Source of the DNA: an uncultured archaeon | Lineage (GTDB): Archaea > Micrarchaeota > Micrarchaeia > Micrarchaeales > CABMGC01 | Direction of reading: 5' to 3' | DNA: 64,000 nt | Assembly (NCBI GenBank): GCA_963787445.1 | Contig: CAWBCT010000005.1 | Location: forward strand, 352,001 to 416,000 | Shown here: positions 7,855 through 17,953 of the stretch, in pieces | How positions within the stretch are numbered: the stretch's first letter is position 1 | Layout: every line of letters starts with the position of its first letter | The notes under the pieces: generated by a model | What the model was told of the DNA's origin: nothing | Database searches by the model: none | The model's input: the letters and a program-made list of their open reading frames with translations, nothing else | Position numbers and translations under genes: made by a program

Positions 7855-10706
7855 ATATTAGGGTTTAGTTGCGGTACGCTCACAAGTCGCCGAAGCTCCC
7901 TGTCTACACGCCCGCTCTATCAAAGCCATGTACTATGGCCCCCCTAAGTGTCTCGTTTCGGATACGGCTTCATCCTTAGATGCTTTCAGGATTTATCCGT
8001 TTAGCGCGTGGCTACTCGGCAATGCCATAAATGACAACCGATCAACTAGAGGCGCCGGTGTCCCGTTCCTCTCGTATTAAGGACGCCTTATCCTCTGACA
8101 CTAACACTCACAGTAGTTGCTACCGTACTGTCTCGCGACGTACTGAACTCAGCTCATGTAAGTTTTTAATGGACGAGCAGTCCAACCCTTGGTGGCTCCT
8201 GCACCACCAGGATAACTTAAGCCCATATCGGTGTATCAAACGGCCGGGTCGCTGTGAACGCTCACCGGCCACGAACCGGTTACCTCCAGAGTAACTTTTT
8301 TGACAGCATGGTGGCCCATTAAAAGACCATCCAGAGTTCGTTAAGCCCTTGTTTCCAATCTGCACCGCACGCTTTTCGCGGTACAGTCAGCCCCGCATTT
8401 GCCTTTATGCTTGACGGTGGGTTCCCAACCCACCTAAGCGGAGCATTGGTCACTTTCGTTTCCTTATCGAAAGCAACCGCCCAGTCTAACTATCCACCTG
8501 CAGTTGTCCCGCAATGCGGTAAGTTGCGTAAAGAACAAAGATTGGTGTTACATTGTCGCTCCCCGTCCGCCAAAGCAAACGGATCGACGCTCCCAATTAC
8601 GCTATGCAGTGTTCTTCACACAACAGCAACAGGCTATAGTCAAGTTTCATGGAGACTTCGCTACCCACTGTGAGAACGTGGCATGTACACCACGTAGTGA
8701 GTTCACCAGGTCCAAAGTTGGGACAGTGGGACAGACGTTACGCCCTTCATGCAAGTCACCTATTAAGTGACGAGGTATTACGCTACCTAAAGAGAGTCAG
8801 AGTTACTCCCGCTCTTTGCTAGGGCTTAGTCCCATTGAAATGGGGTTTCGCTGACTAGCGGTGAGCAGGCGTCACCCGCTATACTAAGCCTTACGGCTGT
8901 GCGGCGAGTTGTGTTTTTGATAAACAGTCGCCGTCCCCTTGTTAATGCTATCTGCGCTTACTAAACGCAGACATGGCTTTTCGAAAACTTACGCCACTAA
9001 CTTGCCGATTTCCCTAACTTTGGTTCTCCTGACACGTCTTGGCCTTCTCGGCCAGCAGCACCTGTACTGGATCTAGGTACGATTTATCACGATCGTTACG
9101 TATTCCCTTTTCACGGGCTCAAGAATTCAGTCATATTGTTCATTTAGCCGCTTCTCCTCATAATGAGACTCCGCGGCCAGTTGCACTTTGTTGCAGACCT
9201 ATCCTCAAGCGTCAGAAATACGTCTTGTGTTGCCACTCCTACGTGATAAGTGTCTGAATATTAACAGACTTCCCTTTTGCAGCCGAGTAATTGGCTGGCT
9301 GCTTAGGATCGACTAACTCCCAGCTGACAATCATCGCAAGGAAAACCTTGTGCTTCCGACGTAATGGATTTTCACCATTATATGCTGTTACTAACACCAG
9401 GATTTTCACTACTATGCAGTCAACACGATCGCATGACCGTGCTTCTAGCCGCATAGTACGCCCCCCTACCCATCTTATATTCAGATGCCTAGGTCTCGGT
9501 ACTTAGTTTAGCCCCGTTTATTTTCAGATAATGCAGTCTCAATCGGTACGCTATGACGCGTTTTTTAAAGGGTGGCTGCTTCTGAGCCTACCTCCCGACT
9601 GTCTAAGACCGCACCGTCTTTAGATACACTCAACTAAGATTTAGGGACCTTAACCAAGGTCGCTGCCGTTCCAGTCTCACCCGCCTAGCTTACCCAAGCG
9701 GGTCGACTCCCAGAGTCTACGCAGCACACATATTCGGAGTTTGAAGAGAAGGCGGAACCTTTCGATCCCAATACTTCCAATCGGTAGCTCTACCTTGTGT
9801 GCAAGCTCGTCTAGGGCTATACTAAATATACTTCGGAGGGGACCCGCTATTGCCATGTTCGAGTGGTCTATCGCCCCTACCCGCAGCTCACCCAGCCAGA
9901 TATACTAGGATTGGTTGCGGACCTCCATCGGGTACAAACCCGACTTCGTCCTGGCCGCGCGTAGATCACAATGGCTTCGGGTCGTATGAAGGTGACTTAG
10001 ATATTTTCATATCCTGCGCCTCGTTGCCTGCGCGCACTCGCTTTCACTGCGGCTTTCGCCTTGCCACACTCATACACTCCCTGGCTCTTGCTTCGAGAAG
10101 AAGGACAAGACACTGATCCGTGGATTTGGCTCCCGCCTCTCGACGTTCGCTTGGTCCACTTCATCTCTTTCATGCCTTATCTTCTCGTAACCACCTAGTT
10201 TCAGATCGTTTCACTCCCACGCGTGTGGGTGCTTTTCAGCTTTCGCTCGCGCTACTTGTTCACTATCGGTCTCTAACCAGTATTTAGGGTTGAGGTTTAA
10301 TGCCCCCGTCTTCGCTCCACATAACTAAGCGGAACTACTCATACACAATACAACAGATCCTACTCCGACTACGAGGCTGTCACTCTCTATGGCGCTCTTT
10401 TCCAAGAGCTTCATCTCGTAGAACCTGTCTAAAAATTGCACCACATCTCCTTGCACTTGCGCGCAAGGATTCAGTTTGCCCTTCTCCGCTTTCAATCGCT
10501 TTATTAACGGAATCGCGTTTGCTTTCTTCTCCTGCGGGTACTAAGATATTTCAGTTCCCCGCGTGCGCCTGCACCACTATTCATAGTGCAATGGACTATC
10601 TTTGGTTCAACGTTTGCTTGCAACTACCCAAAGCTTATCGCAGCTTGCCACGGTCTTTGACGCTGTTAGAGCCTAGCCATCCCCTAGGTGGCTTAAAAAT
10701 TATTTC
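7855..10706 (-). rRNA. rrl: 23S rRNA (stand-alone, divergent; ends approximate)
   Basis: Reverse complement contains recognisable domain V (UAAC at 2449-2452, GAGCUG.GUU.AG.ACGUCG.GAGACAG), SRL core UACGAGAGGA and 5' GAUGGCUAGGCU; about 2.85 kb, bracketed by a 19-bp inverted repeat. Confidence 0.97.
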
Positions 10707-10725
10707 TTTCAAGCTTGCTTCTCCT
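10707..10725. repeat. Inverted-repeat arm of the 23S processing stem (pairs with 7836-7854)
   Basis: Perfect 19-bp complementarity flanking the rRNA. Confidence 0.9.
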
Positions 10726-10885
10726 CATATCCATTGCCCAAAGGGCAATTTCACGCGGTAATGTGACATCGTTGGACTCCTCTAGGAATGATGCATTTCA
10801 TCAAGCAAAAATAGCTCTCAACACATAAGCCTTTAGGAGCTCACGGTCGTCACAATAGCACCGGCTATAATTAGTAGAAAAAGGT

Positions 10886-10893
10886 TTATATAG
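10886..10893 (-). promoter_or_regulatory. Probable TATA box of the 23S rRNA transcription unit
   Basis: TATATAAA on the minus strand, upstream of a roughly 150-nt structured leader. Confidence 0.5.
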
Positions 10894-10920
10894 GTGCGTG
10901 TCCGCGGGCCTGTTTTACAG

Positions 10921-11112
10921 TCAGTCAAACTGGTGCAGCCCTTCGGGCGAAGCGCGCCGTATCAGCTCGGCTAGGTCGGCGCTCTTGGGCTTCTCGACAG
11001 GCCTCGACATGGCCATCAGGTCGTCACGATGCGACTCCTCTGTTACAAAGTGTACTGCCGCTCGCTTCGACTCGGGCGCTTTAGCTACTATGGTTTTTCC
11101 AGTCGTCTTCAT
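10921..11112 (-). CDS. Hypothetical protein (63 aa)
   Basis: ATG ORF preceded by GGCG-N5; fills an otherwise empty gap. Confidence 0.45.
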   Translation of the reverse strand: MKTTGKTIVAKAPESKRAAVHFVTEESHRDDLMAMSRPVEKPKSADLAELIRRASPEGLHQFD

Positions 11113-11164
11113 CCTGTCGCCAGTAAATCTATGCTTGCTTTAACAAAGCTTATAAGGATTTTGT

Positions 11165-11509
11165 TTAGACGTGCGCTGCCGAAAGCTCAATCAGGAGATC
11201 CTGGTTGTCGTCGGGTGCGGACTTTACGCTCTTGTGTTCCTTGCAGCTTTCGCACTCGTAGTTGATCCTGAACTCCCCTCCCTTGTAATCTACAGAGATA
11301 GGGTCCATCAGGCCCTTGCATGGAGAGGATCTGTCTCCCGGCATCACATCGACGTGCTTGCTCGTGAGGCAGTTGGGGCAGTGGTCCGTGTAGCCGTTGC
11401 CCTTCACCTCGGTTCCGCAGCGCTCGCACTTGAAGTTTTCTATCACTCTGGTGAACCTGCCCTTCGGTCCTGCAACTTCGTTGCTGGGTCGCGGGGCTTG
11501 CTTGTACAT
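11165..11509 (-). CDS. RNHCP-domain zinc-binding protein
   Basis: FKCERCG, YTDHCPNCLTSKHVD..PGDR..CKGLMDP and CESC motifs. Confidence 0.85.
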   Translation of the reverse strand: MYKQAPRPSNEVAGPKGRFTRVIENFKCERCGTEVKGNGYTDHCPNCLTSKHVDVMPGDRSSPCKGLMDPISVDYKGGEFRINYECESCKEHKSVKSAPDDNQDLLIELSAAHV

Positions 11510-11536
11510 TTTATCCCTAGAATAAAAAGGAAAAAA

Positions 11537-11842
11537 TTAGTTGAGAGTTAGCTCAATCTGCACGGTGTCAGGCACAGGGATACGCATGATCTGGCGCAGC
11601 GCTGTTTCGCTGCCGTCTATGTCGACCAGCCACTTGTGTATCCTCATCTCCCAGTGCTCGAAGGTGTGGGATCCGCGCCCGCAAGGTGACTTGCGGGTCG
11701 AGATGTTGACCTTCCTCGTAGGCAGGGGGACAGGGCCCGTGAACTTTATTCCAGCGGTCTTCGCTATCTCCACTATCTGGCGCGCGATGTCGCGTGCCGC
11801 GGTAGGGCTCCTGCTTATAAGTTTAATCCGGGCTATGGGCAA
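11537..11842 (-). CDS. rps10: 30S ribosomal protein uS10
   Basis: GPVPLPT, TRKSPCGRGSHTFEHWEMRIHK; TTG start; follows tuf. Confidence 0.97.
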   Translation of the reverse strand: MPIARIKLISRSPTAARDIARQIVEIAKTAGIKFTGPVPLPTRKVNISTRKSPCGRGSHTFEHWEMRIHKWLVDIDGSETALRQIMRIPVPDTVQIELTLN

Positions 11843-11846
11843 TCAA

Positions 11847-13115
11847 TCACGTTTTCTTGACTATCTCGAGGATTACTCCTGCCGCTACGGTCTGACCCAT
11901 GTCTCTGACTGCGAAACGGCCGAGCTGTGGGAACTCCTTGTAGGCCTCAGCGCAAACGGGCTTTGTAGGCTTGATCTTCACCAAGGCGATGTCCCCGTTC
12001 TTGATGAACTCAGGGTTCTTCTCAAGAGTCTGGCCCGTCTTGGGGTCCTTCTTCTCCATAATCTCGGTTATCGTTGCCGCGATCTGTGCGGTGTGTATGT
12101 GGAAGACAGGGGTGTATCCCTTCGCGATTGCGGTCTTGTGGTTTATGACCACGATCTGGGCCGTGAACTCCTGCACCACTGAGGGAGGGTTGCTCACAGG
12201 TCCGACTACCATTCCGCGCTGGATGTCCTTCTTGTCGACTCCCTTCAGGTTGAATCCGACGTTGTCGCCAGGTTCGGCCTTCTGAAGCTGCTGGTGGTGC
12301 ATCTCAATGCTCTTGACCTCTGTCTTTACGCCAGAAGGCATTATGATTATCTGATCGCCAGGCTTCATCACTCCGGTCTCGACCTTTCCTACTGGAACGG
12401 TTCCGAATCCGGAGATGCTGTATACGTCCTGAATAGGAAGTCTTAGCGGCTTGTCCAAAGGCTTTACCGGAACGGTGAACTCGTCTAGCGCACCAAGCAG
12501 TGTAGGCCCTGTGAACCAGGACATCTTGTCCGACTTGGTTGCTACGTTGTCTCCCTGCAGAGCAGAGTAAGGAACGAACTTTACCTTGTCGACATTGTAA
12601 CCGACCGTCTTGAGCAGCTCTGTGACCTTGGCCTTTACGTCCTCGAACTTAGCCTTGTCATAGTTTGCAGCGTCAATCTTGTTGATTCCAACAATTAGCT
12701 GGGAGATACCGAGCACTCTTGCCAGGTATGCGTGCTCTCTTGTCTGGCCCTGAATCCCGTCCACTGCTGAGACTACTAGAACCGCAGCGTCTGCCTGGCT
12801 TGCGCCTGTAATCATGTTCTTTACGAAGTCGCGGTGGCCCGGTGCGTCTATGATCGTGAAGTAGAACTTGGGCGTCTGGAAGTCCCTGTGCATGATGTCT
12901 ATGGTGATACCACGCTCACGTTCCTCCTTCAGCTGGTCCATGACGAACGCAAACTCGAAGGAAGGGCGGTTGTACTTTGTAACCTCTTCCCTTATCTTCT
13001 TCATGTCCTGCTCTGTGACTGATTTCGTGTCGTAGAGTAGACGTCCTACTGTCGTAGACTTACCGTGGTCTACGTGCCCTATAAAAATCACGTTTAGGTG
13101 TGGTTTTTCTCCCAT
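11847..13115 (-). CDS. tuf: Translation elongation factor EF-1 alpha
   Basis: [30 protein letters not shown] and GRFAVRDMG. Confidence 0.98.
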   Translation of the reverse strand: MGEKPHLNVIFIGHVDHGKSTTVGRLLYDTKSVTEQDMKKIREEVTKYNRPSFEFAFVMDQLKEERERGITIDIMHRDFQTPKFYFTIIDAPGHRDFVKNMITGASQADAAVLVVSAVDGIQGQTREHAYLARVLGISQLIVGINKIDAANYDKAKFEDVKAKVTELLKTVGYNVDKVKFVPYSALQGDNVATKSDKMSWFTGPTLLGALDEFTVPVKPLDKPLRLPIQDVYSISGFGTVPVGKVETGVMKPGDQIIIMPSGVKTEVKSIEMHHQQLQKAEPGDNVGFNLKGVDKKDIQRGMVVGPVSNPPSVVQEFTAQIVVINHKTAIAKGYTPVFHIHTAQIAATITEIMEKKDPKTGQTLEKNPEFIKNGDIALVKIKPTKPVCAEAYKEFPQLGRFAVRDMGQTVAAGVILEIVKKT

Positions 13116-13312
13116 GTTATCACTGATTAAGTAGATATTGTCAAAGCGAAGAATTTGGTTGCTTTGCTTGATTCTCTAGTTGGTTTAAGTATTATCTGAT
13201 AACATATATAAAGCTTTCTTATGCCCAATTGTCGAGTATATTTGGCTTTTTGGAGGGGACACGAAGAGCAGGTAAAAGTTTTCAATTCTATGGAAAAGAT
13301 TAAAAGCTAGCT

Positions 13313-13789
13313 TTGTTCCATATATTTGGCGATTCAGTGTCAATCAAGTACTGGGAGTTTGAGGATGCTCCGTTGAAGGAGAAGTTGAAGGAGCCCACGG
13401 TGCGCGAGGTCGCGAAGGTGTACTTCGACAATGAGACGAGGGCCTACAGGTTCTCCATGGCGCTCTGCGAGGTAAAGAAGCGCGGCTCCCTGCGGCTCAA
13501 GGAGTGCAGCAACGACCTTCCGCTAGCGACCTGGAAGAGGTATCTGGACTATGGCGTCATGGTTGGGATATTGAAGCACGAGGCCAGCGTCTACAGCTTC
13601 ACAGACAGGTACTCAAAACCGTTCAGGAACATCCCGGTCTACATAAAGGCCTGGATAGACGGGGAAAGGCAGGAGGATCTCTCCATCGTGTTCGCAACGG
13701 CGAAGGTGGGCAGGCAGAAGAGGCGGGGAGGAAGGGTATTGCCAACCGATTCAGGCTCTGCGGCTCCTGCTGCGGCGCCCACCGAATAA
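13313..13789 (+). CDS. Hypothetical protein (start uncertain, possibly GTG at 13337)
   Basis: Long ORF with genome-typical codon usage, divergent from tuf. Confidence 0.7.
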   Translation: MFHIFGDSVSIKYWEFEDAPLKEKLKEPTVREVAKVYFDNETRAYRFSMALCEVKKRGSLRLKECSNDLPLATWKRYLDYGVMVGILKHEASVYSFTDRYSKPFRNIPVYIKAWIDGERQEDLSIVFATAKVGRQKRRGGRVLPTDSGSAAPAAAPTE

Positions 13790-13791
13790 AA

Positions 13792-15246
13792 CTAGGAGGA
13801 GGTGTACCAGAGGGTGCCTTCCTTGGTGTCTTCAACGCTTATCTTAAACTCGGTCTTCAGTTTTTCGCGGAGCTCGTCGGCCTTCTTGAAGTCCTTTGCT
13901 GCGCGAACCTGCTCGCGCAGCTCTATCAGCTTCTTTGCATCCTGAGGGAGTGCACTGCTCAGGTGTTCCTCAAAACGTAGACCGAGTACAGAATCAAAAT
14001 CCAGAATTATTTTCAAAACCTTGCTGACTTCTTCCTTGCCGAGTTTGCTGGCGCGGTGTGAGGTGGCATTGACCAGCTCATGGAGCTTCGAAAGCGCAAC
14101 CGGGACGTTCAGATCATCATTGATGCTTTCAAAGAACTCGGCGTGCAGCTCATCCAGGCGTTTTATGAACATAGGGTCTGTCTTTCCGGTGGGCTGAAGT
14201 GCGCTGGTCTTGCTGACAAAGACGTAGAGCGACTTTAGGGTCTCTTCGGCGTGCTTCAGGGCCTCGAAGGTGAAGTTCAGCTGGCTTCGGTAGTGGTTCG
14301 TTGCAAGGAAGTACCGGTAGCTGATGGACGAGAACCCCTTGTCGATAAGATCTTGCACAGTGTAAATGTTTTTCAGCGACTTGCTCATCTTCTTGCCATC
14401 GACCAGCATGTGGTTGCTGTGTATCCAATAGTTGACGAACTTCTTTCCTGTTGCTGCCTCCGACTGCGCTATCTCGTTTGTGTGGTGTATCGGGATATGG
14501 TCTATCCCGCCGCCGTGTATGTCAAAGTGCTCTCCGAGGTACATCATGCTCATGGCGCTGCACTCTATGTGCCAACCGGGGAAGCCCTTGCCATAGGGTG
14601 TGTCCCAAACCATGTCTTTGATTGAAGGAGATGTGAATCGCCAGACTGCAAAATCAGTTACGTTTCTCAGACCATCGGGCCTTCCAACCCTTGCCCCGGC
14701 CTGCTGCATCTTGTTTAACTCGTCGAAGTTGTGTCCGGTAAGGATGCCGTACTCCTTGAACATTGAGGTATCGAAGTACATCCCGCCTTCGGCGCCGCTT
14801 ATTTTGTACAGAAATTCCTTTTTGTCAAGCTTTTCTATCAGCGAGAGCATCTGGGGGATGTGGTCGGTTGCTTTTGGAAGCACGTTGGGTTCTTCGATGT
14901 TGAGTCTTTTGACATCCATCTTGAATTTCTTGGTGTAAAAGTCCGCTATCTCGAGCGGGCTCTTGTGCTCCCGCTCCATTGCGACTCGCATTTTGTCTTC
15001 GCCAACGTCGGAGTCGCTTACCAGGTGCCCTACGTCGGTTATGTTCATGACATACTTTACTTTGTAGCCATCGCGGGTCAGCGTGCGCTTGAGAATGTCC
15101 CAGAATACGTAGGGCAACATATTCCCTATGTGGGCGTAGTAATAAACAGTTGGGCCGCAGGCATAGAGGCCGACCTTTCCTTCTTCTATCGCCTTGAAGG
15201 TTTCCACCTTTCTTGTTAGGGTGTTATAGAGCTTCATGTTTCCCAC
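13792..15246 (-). CDS. cysS: Cysteine--tRNA ligase
   Basis: [31 protein letters not shown] and KMSKS. Confidence 0.97.
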   Translation of the reverse strand: MGNMKLYNTLTRKVETFKAIEEGKVGLYACGPTVYYYAHIGNMLPYVFWDILKRTLTRDGYKVKYVMNITDVGHLVSDSDVGEDKMRVAMEREHKSPLEIADFYTKKFKMDVKRLNIEEPNVLPKATDHIPQMLSLIEKLDKKEFLYKISGAEGGMYFDTSMFKEYGILTGHNFDELNKMQQAGARVGRPDGLRNVTDFAVWRFTSPSIKDMVWDTPYGKGFPGWHIECSAMSMMYLGEHFDIHGGGIDHIPIHHTNEIAQSEAATGKKFVNYWIHSNHMLVDGKKMSKSLKNIYTVQDLIDKGFSSISYRYFLATNHYRSQLNFTFEALKHAEETLKSLYVFVSKTSALQPTGKTDPMFIKRLDELHAEFFESINDDLNVPVALSKLHELVNATSHRASKLGKEEVSKVLKIILDFDSVLGLRFEEHLSSALPQDAKKLIELREQVRAAKDFKKADELREKLKTEFKISVEDTKEGTLWYTSS

Positions 15247-15255
15247 ACTGACGGC

Positions 15256-16089
15256 CTAGTTTGCGGCCAATATGCTTTGGTTGACAAGAACGCCGGGGTT
15301 GCTTACCGGGTTCTGGCTCAGGTAGAAGCCGCTCACCCCTATGAACTGGAATCGCGTCGAGATGCTCGAGACTACGGAGCTTACCACCCTCACGGTCACG
15401 TTGCTGCAGAGCAGCGGGGCGAGCGAGATGCTTGCATTCTTGAAGGTGCTTGAGCTGGCGGTGCCGTTGCTTCCGAAGGTGTTGTAGTAGGCCCTTATGG
15501 CGGGCTGCCCGTTCTTCAGTATCTCCAAGTATAGGTTCTGGCTTGCGGCCGAGACTATCTGGAAGTTCAGGTAGGGTTCGGTGACCTGGAATACGTTAGA
15601 AGTGAGGTTGCCGGGTGAAACGGAGATGCCACCAGTAAAGGTTGTTGCGAAGAAGGGATGGGAGTAGCCGGTCCAGGGGCTGCCGTAATAAATTCCGTTT
15701 GAATTGTCGTACAGTACATTTGAGGGCGCTGTGCCGAAGCCTCCGGTCGCCGTCCATCCTAGATAATTTCCTGTGGAGAAGGCACCGTTCAGTATCTGCG
15801 CGGTTCCGCCACCAAGGCATCCTTCAAAGCCGGAACCGATGGTTGTTGTGGAGGCAGTGCCGAGGGGTGTTGAAACTGTAGTGGTCGGGAGGGTTGTTGA
15901 CGGTGAAGTTGTACTGCTAAATATCGGCGATTTATAGCCCAGTCCGCTTAAGCCAAGGTAGGCTACGATTGCTATTACGACTACCACCACCACTGCAAGC
16001 ATTATGCCCCTCAGGCGATTGGGCCTTTCGTCCGGAAAAGGCGCGCTGGGTGGAGTTGGGGAGGTTTGAGCTTGTGTTTCTTCTGCCAT
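15256..16089 (-). CDS. Membrane-anchored surface protein with Ser/Thr/Pro linker
   Basis: N-terminal TM (IMLAVVVVVVIAIVAYLGL), STTSPSTTLPTTT linker, beta-rich G/S/T/N domain. Confidence 0.75.
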   Translation of the reverse strand: MAEETQAQTSPTPPSAPFPDERPNRLRGIMLAVVVVVVIAIVAYLGLSGLGYKSPIFSSTTSPSTTLPTTTVSTPLGTASTTTIGSGFEGCLGGGTAQILNGAFSTGNYLGWTATGGFGTAPSNVLYDNSNGIYYGSPWTGYSHPFFATTFTGGISVSPGNLTSNVFQVTEPYLNFQIVSAASQNLYLEILKNGQPAIRAYYNTFGSNGTASSSTFKNASISLAPLLCSNVTVRVVSSVVSSISTRFQFIGVSGFYLSQNPVSNPGVLVNQSILAAN

Positions 16090-16231
16090 ACATTGCACCT
16101 TGCGGGGTTTACATCGTTGCTATTCTGTGTTTATAACTAAAATTGTGCGTTTCTTCTATGCCCGTAACATATGAAATGTAGAAGTATTATTATACTTTTG
16201 CTGTAAAAATAACCTTTGCATTGGTGTTCAT

Positions 16232-16345
16232 CTGGGAAGCATACCTAGGAAGTGGAAGAAGAAGGGCCGGATGCGCTGGAAGTGGGTAAAGAAGCGCAGA
16301 AAGAGAATCAAGAGAGCCCAGAAGCGAAGAGTAGGAGAGCTCTAG
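16232..16345 (+). CDS. rpl41e: Ribosomal protein eL41/eS32 (archaeal L41e), apparent CTG start
   Basis: (M)[36 protein letters not shown] matches the archaeal L41e pattern [17 protein letters not shown]; not in the ORF track. Confidence 0.85.
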   Translation: MGSIPRKWKKKGRMRWKWVKKRRKRIKRAQKRRVGEL

Positions 16346-16379
16346 CCTTGGTTTGCCGCATAATTAATTTGGTGGTGAG

Positions 16380-16973
16380 CTAAGCGAGCGTCCTGGTCTG
16401 GTATCTGCCGCGCTGCTCGATTGCGCTGAGCCTTTTCAGCGTCTGGGCTGCGCCGCCGTAGTGCCTCCTGTAACTCTCCAGCAGACGGCCATACTCGGTT
16501 TCGGATAGGGAACGCTTGATTAGAAGAAGGTCCAGGGCTTTTTCCTCGATGCTCGTCGTTATTTCAGCGAGGCCGAAGTCTATCACAAAAACAGAGTGGC
16601 CGCAAATCATCAGGTTTGCCGGTGTGAAGTCACCATGGGCCACGTCGGCTGTATGCATTTTTGCGAGGGCAGTACCGATCTCTCCCAGGATTGTGGGGGT
16701 TGCCCTGGTGTCCCTGAGCAGCTTCCCGCTGAGTCTTTCCATGAATATAGAGTACTTCCCGACCGCGATCAGTGCAGGAACATTGAGACCGGCATTTTTG
16801 AGTCTGTGGAGCACTTTCGCCTCCGTTCTTGTTCTGCTCTTCCTTAATTCGTTGTCAAGAGCTGCAGTTCTGTACTTCTTGGGCTCCCGGACTTTTACAA
16901 CAACATCAAGACCGTAGATGCGCTCGCTGTAGAGATGCGACTCGGCGCCTTCGCTCAGAACTTTTCTAACCAT
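16380..16973 (-). CDS. bud32: KEOPS kinase Bud32
   Basis: GAES, RTRTEAK, HGDFTPAN, IDFGL and C-terminal RGRY; adjacent to kae1. Confidence 0.93.
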   Translation of the reverse strand: MVRKVLSEGAESHLYSERIYGLDVVVKVREPKKYRTAALDNELRKSRTRTEAKVLHRLKNAGLNVPALIAVGKYSIFMERLSGKLLRDTRATPTILGEIGTALAKMHTADVAHGDFTPANLMICGHSVFVIDFGLAEITTSIEEKALDLLLIKRSLSETEYGRLLESYRRHYGGAAQTLKRLSAIEQRGRYQTRTLA

Positions 16974-17937
16974 AGAGTTTCATCTCATCGATCCGGTATC
17001 TTTGCCTTACCTCGCACTTATTCATGGCGACGGCACCATGGTCCATTACTTTCTCGCCCAAAAAGGCTATCATCGCGCCGTTGTCAGCATTCAACTCGTC
17101 AGGTGCACGGCCGAAACGCATCCCATGCGAACGCGCAACCTCCTTGAGCATGGCTGCAAGCGTAGAACTTTGGGCAACGCCGCCGCAAACGCACAGCTCC
17201 TTGCTGTTTGTCAGCAGGGCTGCCCTCTCCGTCGCTTCACAGAGCATTGCGAAAGCAGTTTGCTGCAGTGAATAGCAAATATCATTTCTCTTTTCCTTGC
17301 CTATCAAGGAGATTGCATGCGTTAGCAGCCCGGTGAACGAGAAATCCATCCCCTTGACGGTGTAGGGCATCCGCAGGTAAACGCCTCCTTTCGACGCTTT
17401 CTCGACTTCTGAACCCCAGGCAGGGTTAAGTGGCAGTTTTCTGGCGAACGCATCGAGCATATTTCCAACACCCACATCAAAAGTCTCTCCGAGTATGTGG
17501 TATCCTCTCTTGTTATCGTCCAGTTTCAGTATCTGCGAGTTGCCGCCGCTGACATACAGCGCAAGCGGGTCCTTGAATCCGGTCGCCTGCTTCGCTATCT
17601 CTATGTGCGCCACCCCGTGATTAACAGGGATTATCGGGACCTTGAGCTTTGATGCGAGCGTCTTTGCGGAGAGCATTCCGACCTGCAGGCAGGGTCCAAG
17701 GCCAGGGCCCATGGTGTAACTGACCGCTTCTATCTCGTCCAGGCTTATCCTTGCGGTGGCTAATGCGCGCCTGATCACGTCCGCCGCGTTTTCGATGTGC
17801 GCCTGTGCAACTTCGGCAGGTATCATTCCCGTCTTGCCTATCTTGAACATTGATTTTTCGTTGGCCAGGATCCGTCCTTTTCTTACCACACCGGCTCCGA
17901 ACGTGTGGGCGCTGCTTTCTATCCCAATTATTGCCAT
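16966..17937 (-). CDS. kae1: KEOPS tRNA t6A synthase Kae1
   Basis: GIESSAHT, GPGLGPCL, VNHGVAHIE, YVSGGNSQ, CGGVA and DNGAMIA. Confidence 0.96.
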   Translation of the reverse strand: MAIIGIESSAHTFGAGVVRKGRILANEKSMFKIGKTGMIPAEVAQAHIENAADVIRRALATARISLDEIEAVSYTMGPGLGPCLQVGMLSAKTLASKLKVPIIPVNHGVAHIEIAKQATGFKDPLALYVSGGNSQILKLDDNKRGYHILGETFDVGVGNMLDAFARKLPLNPAWGSEVEKASKGGVYLRMPYTVKGMDFSFTGLLTHAISLIGKEKRNDICYSLQQTAFAMLCEATERAALLTNSKELCVCGGVAQSSTLAAMLKEVARSHGMRFGRAPDELNADNGAMIAFLGEKVMDHGAVAMNKCEVRQRYRIDEMKLYG

Positions 17938-17953
17938 GCGGACACCGCAGCAC

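Noticed and set aside
8031..10761. Numerous track ORFs inside the 23S region
   Set aside because: They overlap recognisable rRNA sequence and have no protein motifs; the rRNA length leaves no room for an intron-encoded ORF
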